Shown: piece by piece, positions 15,402 to 28,501 of the stretch
How the letters are laid out: each line of letters starts with the position of its first letter
Position numbering within the stretch: position 1 is the stretch's first letter
Assembly (NCBI GenBank): GCA_000708835.1
Contig: DF236958.1
Span: 379,938-427,666 of the forward strand
DNA from: Klebsormidium nitens
Lineage: Eukaryota > Plantae > Klebsormidiophyceae
Reading direction: 5' to 3'
DNA length: 47,729 bases
The notes under the pieces: model-generated
The model's input: only the letters and a program-made list of their open reading frames with translations
The model's database searches: none
What the model was told of the DNA's origin: nothing
Program-made: the position numbers and the translations under genes

Positions 15402-18400
15402 TCAGAAAATCTCACTCTCATTCCAGTTCGTTGGCGTGCTAACCGGCTGCTCTTTTGCTTCTCTGGGGGGTTCGTTCCGGAAGGGTCCCTTCCTGCTGAC
15501 GTTCGCTTGCGTCAGCCCCAGTCGGTTCATTTCTTCGTACAGGACGTCCGCATCTTGGACAAAGCCTTCTCTCCGCAGAGCGTCCGCCATGGTCCGGTAA
15601 ACGATGAAGTCGGGAGGAACGCCCTCCCGCCTCATCTCTTGAAACACCTGCAGATATCCGAGCTTTTTCAAAGTTGACAAGCTTACTACGGTTGACTGAG
15701 CCTGCGACTCACCAGCCACTTTCGGCGCCTATACTTTTGAGATGCACGGTACACTTAAGCTTGAAAGCAGGAAGTTCCCAAACTGACGCAGACGACACTT
15801 CATCTTGGAGCAAGACCTCACTTCGGTTAAGAATACCGACAACCACTGAAGCTCAAGACAATCAGCCTTCTTCCCCCCGCCAGGATTCACCTCCTTTCCA
15901 AGAAACGATGGACCCGCTGACCTCGGTTGTACCACTCGTAAAATTCCCCTTCTTTGATTGCTTTTTAGAGGGCTCTTTAAGTGCGACACACTTCTGCTTG
16001 CAATCGAATTGCAAGACAGTAGCACCCGCTGTCAACGATGTCACACCTTACACGCTTTGTCAAGCCGGTTCCCTGTCACGTGTGCATGATGGAACAAGTC
16101 GACCAAAAGCGCCACCTGCTACCGTTCAATGGCATTGGGTGTTCTGACAAGCTCGTTTCAATCCTAAATACGCATGAGAGAAGTCGACGTCAACTAGTTT
16201 CGCATGTCGGCCGCGCACCTCGAATGCTTTGTCGAGCTCTTTCCGCTTGCAGAACGCGCTTATCAGGATGTTGTACGAGACCACATTGGGCGCCAGTCCC
16301 GAAGCCTTCATGGTGTCAATCAAGTTCGCCGCCTCGCCGAAAGCGCCCTCGGTAGCGCACACCCGCAGGATATTGTTGCAAACAACTAGATCGGGGGCAA
16401 TGCCGGCAGCGATCATCTGCAGGAACCAACGGGCGTACAGATTACGTCAGAACCCTCAAGTAGGCACTGTATCACCGGATCGACTGACAACTTTTCGCTC
16501 ACTCGTTTTTCACGATGGCATCAAGCCCCTTCTTTGCTTAGTCCCGACGTCGGGCAACCCTCTACTCACGCAGTTCCTCTTTGTCGGTGGTGCCTAGAAT
16601 TGTTGCAACTTCCGACTTTGAAACTGCTTTCGCTGCTTTCCAGCCTCTTCGTCCCGCATCCTTTGCTGGAGTCGCATGTTGAAACGATATGCGGAAGCAT
16701 GTAGAGAAAACCTTCCATCCGCAATGTAGCGCACGCAGAGAATCCAAACTTTTACAGAGCACGTTTTGAGAAGAATTCAAGCCTTGTCTGGTTAGCCACT
16801 GCCGGTCTCTGCCCCGAGCTTCTTCCCTTTTACACGAACCAAATATTGATTGTCAGAGATACCTCTCAGCAAGTTTCGAGTTAGTACCTCCAATATCGTT
16901 TTCCGTTGGTCAGAAAGCTGTGTGAATCAGGGGTTCAACCGCCCACCTGTCGGAATAGCCCTAGCGACTGCTCGAGCCCAATCCTCCCCCGTGCGCAGGC
17001 ATCGATAACGGTACTGTAAGTATACACGTCCGGAGTGAACCCGCTTTTTGGATCCTGGACTTCGTAGAACAACTCAAGCGCCGCATGGTAGTGGTGGGAT
17101 CGGACCAACGCAGCCAGCATCACATTGGCGAGGATGGCATCACGGGGAATCCCCCGCCGAGACATGTCCTCCCAAAGGTGGATTGCAATCTGTCGGAAAA
17201 CGTGAAGACAAACTCATGTTTTCTCAAAAAACGGGAGAATTGCACAAGCTCGTGTTTCCTGACTGCGATGGGTCAACTTTAGATTTGAAGAGCTGAAGCG
17301 AGAAGAAACATTCAATCATTAATGCTAAATGCCAGGGCGGAGGAGTGAAACTTCATACGTGGGGTCCGATTCGCCATTTTCGAGAATATAATTCAAGATT
17401 ACGAAGTAGCATGTACATTGCTCGTTCAAAGAAACCGCCTGTGGCTGAATCAAACCTCAATGACACAACGCTTGCTCCATTCCAATCGTTGCGGCTCAGA
17501 ACTCCATCCTTTTTCATGCCAAGCAGACGGGCCCAGCGTTGCAGCCCATTCCGAACCTTGAACGCTTTCCACATTGATAAGCTCTCGATATCGAGAGGCT
17601 CAGAAAGAAGAAGCATCTTTCCATGCGCGCCCTTCGTACAGTCGTTAGAGTTCGGACCGTTTGAGGCGCACCTCGAGCTGTCCGGCGCGTCCGAGGGTGT
17701 CGATGATTGCGGTGTAGACGCGGTTGTTGGCCTTGGCGGGGTCGTGCGACTGCAGCCACAGGAACGTCTGCAGCGAGCGCACCCAGCCCACCTGCCGCTC
17801 CTGCTGCGACATCTGCTTGATGATCTGGCGGAACGGAATGGAAACGGAACGAGTGAGCGGAACGCCGGTCAATGTAGTGCGCGGCTGTTTGACCATGTGC
17901 CTTTGCCAGCTGCTTGATAATCTGGCAGCGACATGGGAACGGGCACGCCGGACTATATTTTGAACGGGACCTGTGAGATTTGACTAGCGAGTTACCCGTT
18001 GCTTCTGCTTTGCCAGCTGGATTACGAGCTGAGGACGGGAAGCGAGGGGGAGCGTTATATCACACAAAGACGAGAGCGGGGTGAGAAATCTCTGATGCAG
18101 AATGACCAGGAACAGTAGCTGAAGTACTTCACCCCAGGCTTGCTAAACCCTTGCAAACATGCAATTCCTTAAGTTTTCATCACCTGTCTGGTTCTATAGC
18201 AAAAGTGAGTCCCGTCTTGGCGGAATCTAATCGTCCATAATGGTGCAACTCGGCTGCGTGCCTAATTGGAAGACGAATGACCAAATTCTGGAACATCAGA
18301 GGTCAAGGATCCTTTTCGGACCCCATGAACAAGGAAGGAATTGACGGCAATGGAAGATTGAAATGATCGACTTCAACAGGCCAGGATGCGAGATGGCCGA

Positions 18401-20321
18401 AGACCACGCTGTTCCGAGTAGCGTGTCGCTCAAAAGGAGATCCTAAGAATGTTTGGAAGACAGCAGGCACACGAACTTGCCAACCTCCTCCCACCGCAGT
18501 TGGGCCCTCGTTGGGCCCTTCCTAATATCTGTTTACTCAAGTTGGATCACCAAACTCACTCAGCCTGAGACTCGAGTCTGGGACGATTAGGTCAAGCTGC
18601 GACGTGTCCGGAGACCCTAACCAGAATCTCTCGCCCTGCAAGCGCAAATATATCGACGACCTAAATTACACCGTAGATTCGCGCATCACAGTTTGCAACC
18701 TTGAATTGGAAAAAGTCTAACTTTATTTCCGGCGAACTTCTAAGTGAGAATCTAAATGGATCTGGGCCCTGGTCCGGGATGCCAGGAGTCCCAGGCTAAA
18801 TCGTAAATAGGGGAACACACTTGACGGTCTTACCTGCGTGAACTCGAAGGGCCCTAGGTCTGGTCCCATCTCATTGAGCAGCTCCCAGGGAGAAACGTGC
18901 TGCCCCAGCAGCAACAGCTCTTGCAATAGCAAGCGCCAGAGGTCGTTTCGCATTTGCCTTTCCGCCTGCCTCTCTTCCGACCTGTCCTCCAGCAAGAACT
19001 TCCCAACCCCGGGCCGCCACACCTCCTTCACAACCTTTCTTTCTAGGGGGTACACGTTTTCTACTGGGGCATGGAGCGAGGAAGCGGGGCGGAAGAAAGC
19101 GCCCTCGCCAGCTGTCATCGCACCTCTGCCACCTGTTGCGGCATCTTCCTCTTCCGAGCTTTCATCTCCTAAGGCAAACGAAGTCAGAGAGTCAGCCATC
19201 CCAATGTCTTCTTTGAGATGTTCACTGGCCCCTAATCTTTCAAGCGGGAAAGCGCCACTTCGGTTTGTTGTCGCACGCTTCCCCCATTGCCCCTTTCCCC
19301 AGCTGGCTGTGGTTCCTTCGAGCTCCAGCTTTTGGCTGTCTATCTCGCCCCTCATCCTCACATCCTCTTGTTTTGGTTGGAATGCAGACAGTGTCGGGGC
19401 CCCAAGAGCACGGAGCTGCGCCCAGCTCTGCACCTCACGTGGCTCACGTTCCTCCGAACCCCCCGCACCGTAAGATCCCCGTCCTCTCCCCCCCACTCTT
19501 TCCTCAAACTGCCCTCTCCCCCGCCCGCCCGAATCTGAGCCATACCCCTGCCTCTCATGCTCATCAAACGTGCCTCCCCTCCCTGACCGGCCGCCACGCC
19601 CCCTGTTGAACATTCTGCCCCCGGATCTGCCACCACCCCTGCCAGTTCGGCCGCCTCGTCCAGTCGGGCCGTCAAACTGATCGCCACGCTCCCTCTCGAA
19701 GTCAAATGACTGTCCCCTTCCGAAAGATTCTTCCGCCCGGCCCCGACCTCTTCCCCGACCTCTCCCCGATGGCCGCCCGCCTCGGTATGCACCTCTGCCA
19801 GATCTCCCGCGCGCCGGCCTCCCGTCAGATTCGTCTTGTGCCTCCCAGGGCGCATCGCTCCCGTCTCGCTCGCCATCAAAAGTGCCCCTTCTTCTCCCAT
19901 ACCCAGACTGCCTCCTGTCAAAAAACTCGTCGACGTTCCGCATACCACCACCTCCATCAGATGCTGGATAGCGCTGGCCCCGGGGCGCTTGACCGTCTTT
20001 GCTGCTTTGGCGATACCTGCTCTCATTGTCTCCATTTTCTGGCTCCCACCCTGGCGCACGGGAGAAGTAAGCGAGCTTCTGGAGCTGCCTGAATGAGCGG
20101 CCAGCAGAACCAAGGCGCAAGCTCCCGGTCAAGCCACCACACCACCTGCAATCAGCAAATGGTGGTGGCTGCAAAAACCAGCGTTTTGTGAGTGCAAGAG
20201 GCGGCTGATGTTCGCTCCCAACTGCCACCCTGGTGCTCAACAGATTGGGAGCATCGCCCTGCCTGGGCAATGCTGGCACTGAGGACCACATTGCATGGGT
20301 GGTAGGATGCACCTCCAGCAT
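15402..20321 (-). CDS. P-class pentatricopeptide repeat protein (PPR-1) with a long RG/RGG-rich N-terminal region; 5 exons
   Basis: Exons 20321-18834, 17824-17672, 17189-16947, 16416-16219, 15647-15402, all phase 0. PPR motifs include NRVYTAIIDTLGRAGQLEIAIHLWEDMSRRGIPRD, DVYTYSTVIDACARG, NVVSYNILISAFCKRKELDKAFEVFQEMRREGVPPD and FIVYRTMADALRREG. Confidence 0.9.
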
Positions 20322-20800
20322 TCAACTGCTTGCTCTTTCAGCTGTGGATCACGGCTGTCAATTCGCGAGCGCCAGAATGTCCGCGCTCTACAAACTGTGT
20401 GAGCGCCTTTATGCGGTTGATTGCAGCACAGGCAGGGCAATGTGGCAATGTGGCAAAGAATATGCCACAGATTGAACTACGTACTTCTATTTGATGTAAC
20501 ATGAATCAATTCACGCTCGGCCATGCCGGGCGGCAACAAATGTTCGGAGATTAGTCGAGAGCTCTTATGGAAACTGACAACGACAGTGTTATTGCCGCAC
20601 GATTTCTAATACAGCCGTGCGAATTGACACAATAGTCGGTCGTCAAGGCTTTATAGGACTGCTATATTGGCATTCCCCGGGAGCTGCCCCCCGAGACGGG
20701 GCCCCGGTCGTATACCCATTGCAAGTCTGCCTCTCGAAGGCAGCTTGAATTCGTCAACTGTCTCGGACTCTGTCAACAGCAGACTTAGCGTGAAGGAAGC

Positions 20801-23800
20801 ATGGCGGCCACTGGCGCCGCTCTGGTGGCCCCCACATATGCTGGGCCTTTGTGCTTTTTGCCCAGCAAGCTGACATCAGCCAAGGAGGTCTTGTGTGGCA
20901 GCCCATTGCATCATCGGGGTTTTGCGGCGTTGGTTAAGAAAGCGGTGGGAAACGAATGTCGGAAGTCTAGTTTTCAGCCAGCGCCAGTGGCGTCCGCCGA
21001 CGTGGAAACACGAGCAGCTGAGGGGGAGGCTGCCAGTTCCAGCTCAAGCGGCTCTGCCAATGCCAATGTCATGAAGAGGTTCAAGACGAGGGAGGTGTGG
21101 CGGAAAGACCCCGCCAAGGTCACCTACCTGGATTCGCAGTACACCAGGTTTGCGTTCATCAACGAGGTGCGCTTCAGCACGGACCTGAACGCCGTGTTTG
21201 CCAAGTACGGGAACTTGGACTTGCGGGAGATTGTGCACATTCTGTACCGGCTCCAGGAGCGGCGGGAGGGGCGTGCGGCGCTGAAACTGATCGAGTTTCT
21301 TGAGAGCAGTCCAGTGTACTCGCAGCAGCTCGACGAGGCGACCTACAGGGCCTGCCTGGCAGCCATTTCAAACTATCCGCAAATGTTGGCCAAGGCGACC
21401 AAGCTGTTTGAGGCCGCAAAAAAGAAGGGCGTTGTCAGGATGACTGAGACGTACAACATGTACCTGGCTCTTGTCAGCAAGCGGGGGGCAGTGGACGTGA
21501 TGGAGGACGTGTTGAAGCAGATTGACGCGGTGAGAGTGGCCGCAAGCTGACCAACCTTAGCTTCCGATTCTATTGTTGGCATTACTATATTACGATGCTG
21601 GTGGTGGCATTCCGTATGTTAATTTCCTACTATATTGTCTGCCGTTCTTCATTTGAAAGCTTGGATTCGCTCGCTGGACTGTCTTATCTATTGCTGCCAC
21701 CACATCAAGATGGATCATCTAATCACTTACTCTAAGCTGGAGAGAATGCTGGTTGCAAGTCGCTGGTGGTCCACCATTACCACTGCGCAAACAGCAAAGG
21801 ACCAAGTTGTGATTGCCGTGCAGTCGTTATTTTTGATTCTGCGAGTTTTGAAAGCTGCCTGGACCTGCAAAGCTCTGCAGTTGCCCGCTTGGCTAAAGCA
21901 GAGGAGTCCTATGCCAGTGTCAGTGATTGCTTGATTGAAGCTGATTCTCAGCTTCAGTCAAGCCTTTTCAGGTACCGCTGAAGCGGGTCGCTGTGTGTGG
22001 AACGGTTGACTGCTCCCGTAGCAGCCACTGTCGTCAGAGACTCGCATGCATCAGACCTGAAGTGAATTCCACGTCAACCAGCGTGGAAGAGAAATTGTAA
22101 ATGCAATTTCTCAGTCAGCATGTCAAAATCTTGAAGCAGTAATGTCGGCCCAAGGCTGTACCTGGACCGTTTGGCAACAGGCTGCGCTCATGTTTCTATA
22201 CCTCTGCGGCCGGATTGCACATGCGGCACAACTATTTCCAATTCTAGTTCAGCTTTGACTTGACCTTCACATCAATTATTTGCCCTCGTTTCTGCAGGCT
22301 GGTTTGAAGCGCACCGTCGAAACCTGGAACTACGTGATCCAGGGGTATGGCAAGAAGCGCGACCTCGATCGCGCGGTTGCGGCCTTCACAGAGCTGCAGG
22401 CTGCGCGGCTGAAGCCTACAGCAGAAACGTACCGCGTGTTGATAGAGGCGTTCTCGAGCGCGGGCCGGACAGAAGACGGGGAGAGGATGGTTCGGGAGTC
22501 TGGGATCCAGCTTACTGAGGTTCAGTATAACGTGAGTAACTGTGAAGTCTGCTGGGCTTGGTCTTGGCAAGGAAACTTGGAGGTTGTGGTCTCCGCAACA
22601 TTGTGCAGGGCAAGGGGACCCTATTACTTCAAACAAATGGCGCACCCCCCACGTATTTGGGGGGTCGAATTGGTCGAGAAATGCGTTGGAGCTGTTTGAT
22701 GCTCTCTTCTTTGGCATTCACTCTAGTGTTCCCTTGGAAACACTTTATTGGAGTTTGTGGCCGACGGCCAGCCGAGTCAAGATTTGGTGGGAAAAGGTCA
22801 TACTTAATACATAAACTTCCACATGCAGCCTCTCAATGTGACAAGGCACGCTACGCAATCAGTGCCAGTTGGTTGCACTGCCGATGCCTATTACAAGCTT
22901 GATGACCTTCCTCGCTCTTAGCAAGACAAACCCTTTTTTCACCCTTTTTTGTCCGCGGCTGGTTTCCCGTGTTCGTCTATTCAAGCATAGGCTCCATTTA
23001 CAGGCCATCATGGACGGGTATGCCAACGAGAAACGCCCCGAGAAGGTGGGGGAAACTCTGAAGGAGGCGCAGGCGGCAGGGGTTGAGCCAAACAACGACA
23101 CATTCCTCATCTTGCTGAAAACGTTCGCTGGCGTTGGGGATGCAAAGGGGGCCTGGGAGACCTATCGTGCTCTCCGGTCGGCTGGGTAAGCGACTGACGA
23201 GGCTGGGTCGAAGATGCGACAGCAAGGCTTTTGCTTCTTCATTTGTGTTTTGGAAATGTCATCCGGCACTGAAAGTTTTCTTGTTCTGAGGCATCCTACG
23301 CACGTGGTACTCGGTTTGCACGGATTTTGTTCTGAAGGCAGTCTAATTCCTCACCAAGGGCATCAGATCCAGTATACCCCACGTGGCTGCATGGGGGCCT
23401 CGAAGCATGGGCTCTGAATGAACCGTTGCTACCAAATCCCTGTCGTCAAAAGGAAGAGAGTTACCAAAACCGCTGAACACGGGTTTCTATTTTGCTGAGA
23501 TAGATCATGTTTCACAGCGCCCTCCATAACCAATTTCGAGCCCTCTTCCTCTCCTTGCCGTCCACCTGTCTCTTCTGCCTGCCCCCCACATTCCGGGTCA
23601 CCTCCAGATGCGCAAGTCTTTCTTGGACTAGCTAGTTAGCTGGATCTGGCCAACTATTTCGGTAAACCCCACAGAGTTCCATTGCACCTGCTCATCCGAT
23701 CTCGTCGAACCTCATCCTCGGAGCACCTTCCGCTTTAGCCCTCCCAGAGGCTTCTTCGCTCACTCTTCCTCCACCGATCCAGGCACCCCCCGAGCGGATA

Positions 23801-26800
23801 TGCATTCCAGCTGCTAGCTAGTGCACGGAGAAAGGACAAACGCCTGGCGGGGGTGCGCGTGCGGCACGTGGTAGAGCTGCTTGAAACGATTGGCGAGAGC
23901 CGGATCCGCGTGAAGGAGGTGATGGAGCGGCGCACGTGGTCCGTCAAGTGGGTGCTGCCCGAGGTCAAGGGGATCCTGCGCGCACTGGCCAAGGACAAGA
24001 AAGACGACCTTGCGGAAGAGGTGGGCACGGCAGCAGTCCGACAGGCTTGAGTGTGGATCTTAAAGCCCTTTTCTGTGTGTCGTGGCGTCTGGACGGGATG
24101 CGTAACTTTGAGGAAAGGATACCGTCCCACTCATGAAAGGCGTAGATACCTGTGAAGTTTGAGTTGCAGAAGTACCGCTTTGAATGTTAGTAAAGATTCG
24201 ATGTACTTCTTTCTATTTCCGCTCTTGCATTGCGATCTTGAGGCAAAACTGAGCAGCCTATGCGCATGGGTGGAAAGAGTTTCAAGAATGGCAGACTCCT
24301 TGTGCAGAGGCCTCAGGATGGACTTTGTATGTCCTCCCAGAAAGTTCAGGTTTTGCTTCGAGTTTTCACCATGTGGCACAGACGGGTGTAAACCGAACCC
24401 TTAAAAGCCATGTCCTGTAAGATAAGTAGGAATATCAACGAACACCTGAGCCTCCCTAGAGTTTCTGGCTGCGCTGCAAACTGCACGCCGCTCCTCCAAA
24501 GTTCCGTCCTAAATAAGTTTCGCAGTTGGTGGAGCAGTGTTACCCGCGATTGGCGGAAGAAAACGTGCTGATAGCAATGAGCATTTGAACCTTGCAAGAT
24601 TCGGTGCAAATCGTATGCCTTCAAAACCCCGCTTGCATACGCTTTGCAGTTGGTTGAGTGGTGTTTTTCGCGGCCCGCGGAGGAAAGGATGCTGCCGGAC
24701 GAGGAGGCGCTGGCCGTTCTGATCCAGGCGAAGGGCGCGGCTGGCCACGTGGACGCAGCGTGGCAGGTGTACAACATGATAGGAAAGGGCCGCGCCAAGC
24801 ACATCACGCCCACCAAGCGCGCGTTTGGCTCGCTCGTGCAGGCCTATGTGGCGTGAGTGACCTTCCATTTCTATATCATGGCTCTTTCTGGCTGTGCGCT
24901 CGTCGATAGGTTTGAAGATGTCCGTTCGTGCAGAATTTCGGTCATTTGCGGATGGCAGTAAGTGGTTAGAAAGGTTACTTCGATTGTGGTAGGATGGAGA
25001 GTTGGAGAGAGGGAACAAGGAACCTCGTCAAGTATTTCCAGACAAGCGCCCAGTCTGTTTCCAGTCGATGCAGGGCATTCAGAGCAAATAAGTTCGCTCC
25101 TGTCCGAAACAGGCTTATTGTGTTGTTGTTTGGTGGACTTTTATAGGTTGAGCTGCTCCAGAAGTGGGTGCGGTCCATTCTTGGCGAACTTTGAATTGGA
25201 CCCCTCCGGAAAGTTGCTTATAGTTGGCCCCCGTCGTACTGCCTGCAGGGCTGGCGATGTGGCTCGGGCGGAAATTATTCTGGAGGAGAGCGAAAAGCGG
25301 TCCGGGAACTGGCCCCAGGCCGACACCTACTCGTACTTTGCGCTTATGCGGCACTATGCAGAGAAGGGGGACGCACAGAAGGTCCAGGCGGTGAGCGAGC
25401 GCACGTTTTGCAGGATATGCTTTGGTCGCCTTTCGTCTTGGTCCATAGTGCGAAAGTGTTTCCGGGCTTCAGAGCTTGACCTGCGGTCGTACTGGGCGTC
25501 TCGTTTTGCATTTCGTTCCCTGAGGATTCGGAAAGCGTCCTTTTTAATATCCAGCACCCATATCAGTCTTGAGCGTCGGTGTCTACCAAAGTACCTCGGA
25601 GTGAAACTTCGCCTCTTGGCACCTTCCCTTTTCCGCCCATAAGTGGCTGCACTCCTCTCTTTGCCAACTGATCTCGCCAACCATAAAATATTCTTTTTTC
25701 CTCGGCACTGATTTTACATTATTGTTCTGCATCTTGCTTAATCAACGCTTCCGCTCGCTGATCCTGCCTTTTCTTGACGCACTCCCTCTCCGTCCGCAGT
25801 TGTTCGACCGTGCCCTCGCTGCGGAGGTGGCTCCCAACGCGAGCACGTTCATGATGTTGCTGATGGCGTATGACGTGGCGGGGCAGCGCGACAAGGCGCT
25901 CGAGGTTTACGACGCGCAGGGGACCAGCCACCTGGGGACGCTCACCGAGGGGGACGTGCGCAAGCTGACCGACTTCCTGCAGAAGCACGGCAGGCCGGAC
26001 GAGGCCAAGAACGTGCAAGATGTGAGTGCTCGCAGCCTGTGGGTGTCCCGGGAAATCTGTCTGAGGTAGCTTCGTACTAACTCCGAGCACTTTAAATCTT
26101 TCGAGAGCTTGAGGAACTTGCCGCTCATTGCAGCCCACTTGAGCGTCTTTTCTGTCAGTGACTGATGCGAGGAGGGAGGGAGGTCCACCTGATTGTGTTC
26201 GCCGGCGTTTCGAAACGCGTGCGCTCTGCTATGGTAGGACCGTTTTGTCCTTGCCTCGTGATTTGTCCTTGCCTCGTGAAGGCCTGCTCTAGATGACTCC
26301 TGGTGACAGCGGAAATCCAACATATGTAGTGAAGTTGCAGTTGGTCTGGTTTGATTTTGTGAACCGCATAGCCGCATAATTCGAGGGGCCTTTCGAGGGG
26401 AAAGGACGATGCTCTTGATCGGTCTCAAGACGAGCGGATTTGCATGCCTGTGCGGCAATACCGGGCGACCTCACCATTCCTACGTCGGCTGACTCACTTT
26501 ACATCTTCCCGTCGCAGACGTTCAAGAAGAAGCCCGAAACCTCGGTTCCCGCAAAAGCAGCAACTCCTGCACGCGCCATTATTCCCCCTGCGCTCGAAAC
26601 GGCAGAGCCCGATGAAAAGCCCAAGGTGATGGCCGATCTGCTGACGACCAACCTGCGCGGGGCGGAGCGGAGAAAGCTATCAGATGCTCTGATTAGCGGG
26701 GGGTACCTGCAATCGCAGGAGGACTATTTGCGGCTGGCGGAGGCGATCATGGATAAGAAGCTGAAGCAGAGCGGGGCTAGGGTGCTTGAGCTTCTGCCGT

Positions 26801-28501
26801 ACATGCGGAAACAAGGGTGGGCGCCGCAGCTCTTTGGGTGCTTGCTGACGTTCTGAACCTCGCGTTTTTTCGAAAAGGGCGCTGTGATGGAAGTTTTGTC
26901 CCTTAAGCTTGCCGTGATAGGATTCTGGCCAGAAGAGTAGTTTGACTTCTTCTGTTTCGCAGCTTTGATTTGGGGTTTGGTGCTTGCATCTCGACAAGAC
27001 CTTAGTGACAGGGTTGGATGGCCGCACAATCACCTTGCGATCCTGGGCTTCTTGCTGGCTTCTTGCGGGGCTGCGTCTTGCTTGGAAACGCTTGCGTGTA
27101 GTTTTCAAGTAAGGCGCCTTTAGACCGACAAGCCCCGATATACCGACACTGGTAAATATCATCCAACGAATCTTTCTCTAGTCCCTGCCCTCGCTGTTGT
27201 GTGACCTTTGCCCCTCTGACGTCTTCCCCCAGATTCGACATTCCGCATGACACGTGGACGCACCTGGTGCGGCGGGCGGACCGGGCAATGCAAGCGGCGT
27301 CCATGTTCTATGCCGCCAAGCGAGAGGCGGGGCCGGATTGGGACGACACGGTAGGGTCAAGGCTTGCGCGCACTGCAAAATCCAACTAGTGTGCTGACTT
27401 CGACTTATGTCCGGTTACTGGCGACTGACCCTCGTTTGCCGTGAGCCTGATGTTGACGAGGGTTTAGGAAGGCAGGTTGGGGGGGGTTTTGGCTGACCGT
27501 GCCGGATTAGAAGTGTCTTTTTCGGGGTTGTTTCAAGAGGACTTCTCTTATGATCGATGTCTCCACTTGATTCGTTGATTGTTTTTGTCGCTTTTTCACT
27601 GGCAGGCAAGACCTCACCATACAGCAGTACCAGCCTACATTACTAATGTGTGTAGGGTAGCATTGCCACAGCAGGCTCTCGGGCGCATCCGTTTGGCCGA
27701 TCTTAGTCTCCTGTTTTGTCAGCATCGAAGGAGTGCATTGCCAGAGCGTTGCACGAAGACTGCCTTGTCGTAATAATCTATTTTCAGGCAATCTGTCATT
27801 AGTGTGGATTGCCAGCCTCTTCGCCTGAAGGAAAGATGTTTCCTCTGTATGCGCACATTGCTTGACGCCCTTTTCGTTTTTCGTGCGGATGCTCAGGAGG
27901 CAGCCCAGGCCCTAGCCGAGGCTCGGCGGGTGGCCGGAAAACCGCGGTGGGTGAACCACGTGGTCTGGTGTCTGACGTCACTCGGGCTCTCTATCGAAGA
28001 AACCTTGAACCCCCGGCTATGGCCCGACGAATTCCGAGGTACGCCGCTGCTCTGGACGGAGTCCTCTTTGTTGGCTGGGCCGTCGAGCATCGGCTCACTG
28101 GCCTTATCCACTACGTCTTGTAAAGTATAACCCCTTGAAGTACTTTGACGGCGATTCCGAGGGCTTGGAAACTATTGATGTCGACCGTTAACAGAAATGG
28201 GCCCTGTGTTGAATCTGCAGACTGGAAACACGTGTGCTGTCCGTTTGATACTGGAAACTGAGATACGTTTTCTGCCTTTGCAGTTTCGGACGTGCCCGGC
28301 AGTGTTAGTACTCTACAACAATCAGGAAGACCGGAACAGGCGGCGGATCTTGAAGCACGGATAAGAGAAATAGCGCCGGAAACAGTGTTCGAGCGAAGCG
28401 GGGACCATACCAAAGGTGCCCCAAAAGAAAACGAAGTAGACCCAAAAGAAAGCGAAGTAAAAACGGTCGAAGGGGTTGCCAACATTCCATCGGATGTTTA
28501 A
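20801..28501 (+). CDS. Large P-class PPR protein (PPR-2), probably organelle-targeted; 11 exons
   Basis: Exons 20801-21529, 22298-22531, 23004-23185, 23783-24020, 24650-24852, 25249-25390, 25800-26021, 26518-26816, 27233-27350, 27897-28038, 28284-28501 join in frame. The Ala/Ser-rich N-terminus resembles a transit peptide. PPR motifs include TVETWNYVIQGYGKKRDLDRAVAAFTELQAARLKP, NNDTFLILLKTFAGVGDAKGAWETYRALRSAG and DTYSYFALMRHYAEKGD. Confidence 0.88.

Noticed and set aside
18838-20113. Several long overlapping ORFs on both strands over PPR-1 exon 1
   Set aside because: Shadow ORFs of a GC-rich, low-complexity coding exon with no independent domain signal.
24021-24050. Apparent stop (…VRQA*) suggesting PPR-2 is two genes or needs a GC-AG intron
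   Set aside because: A GT donor at 24021 (GAG|GTGGGC) joins the next exon in frame and removes the stop.
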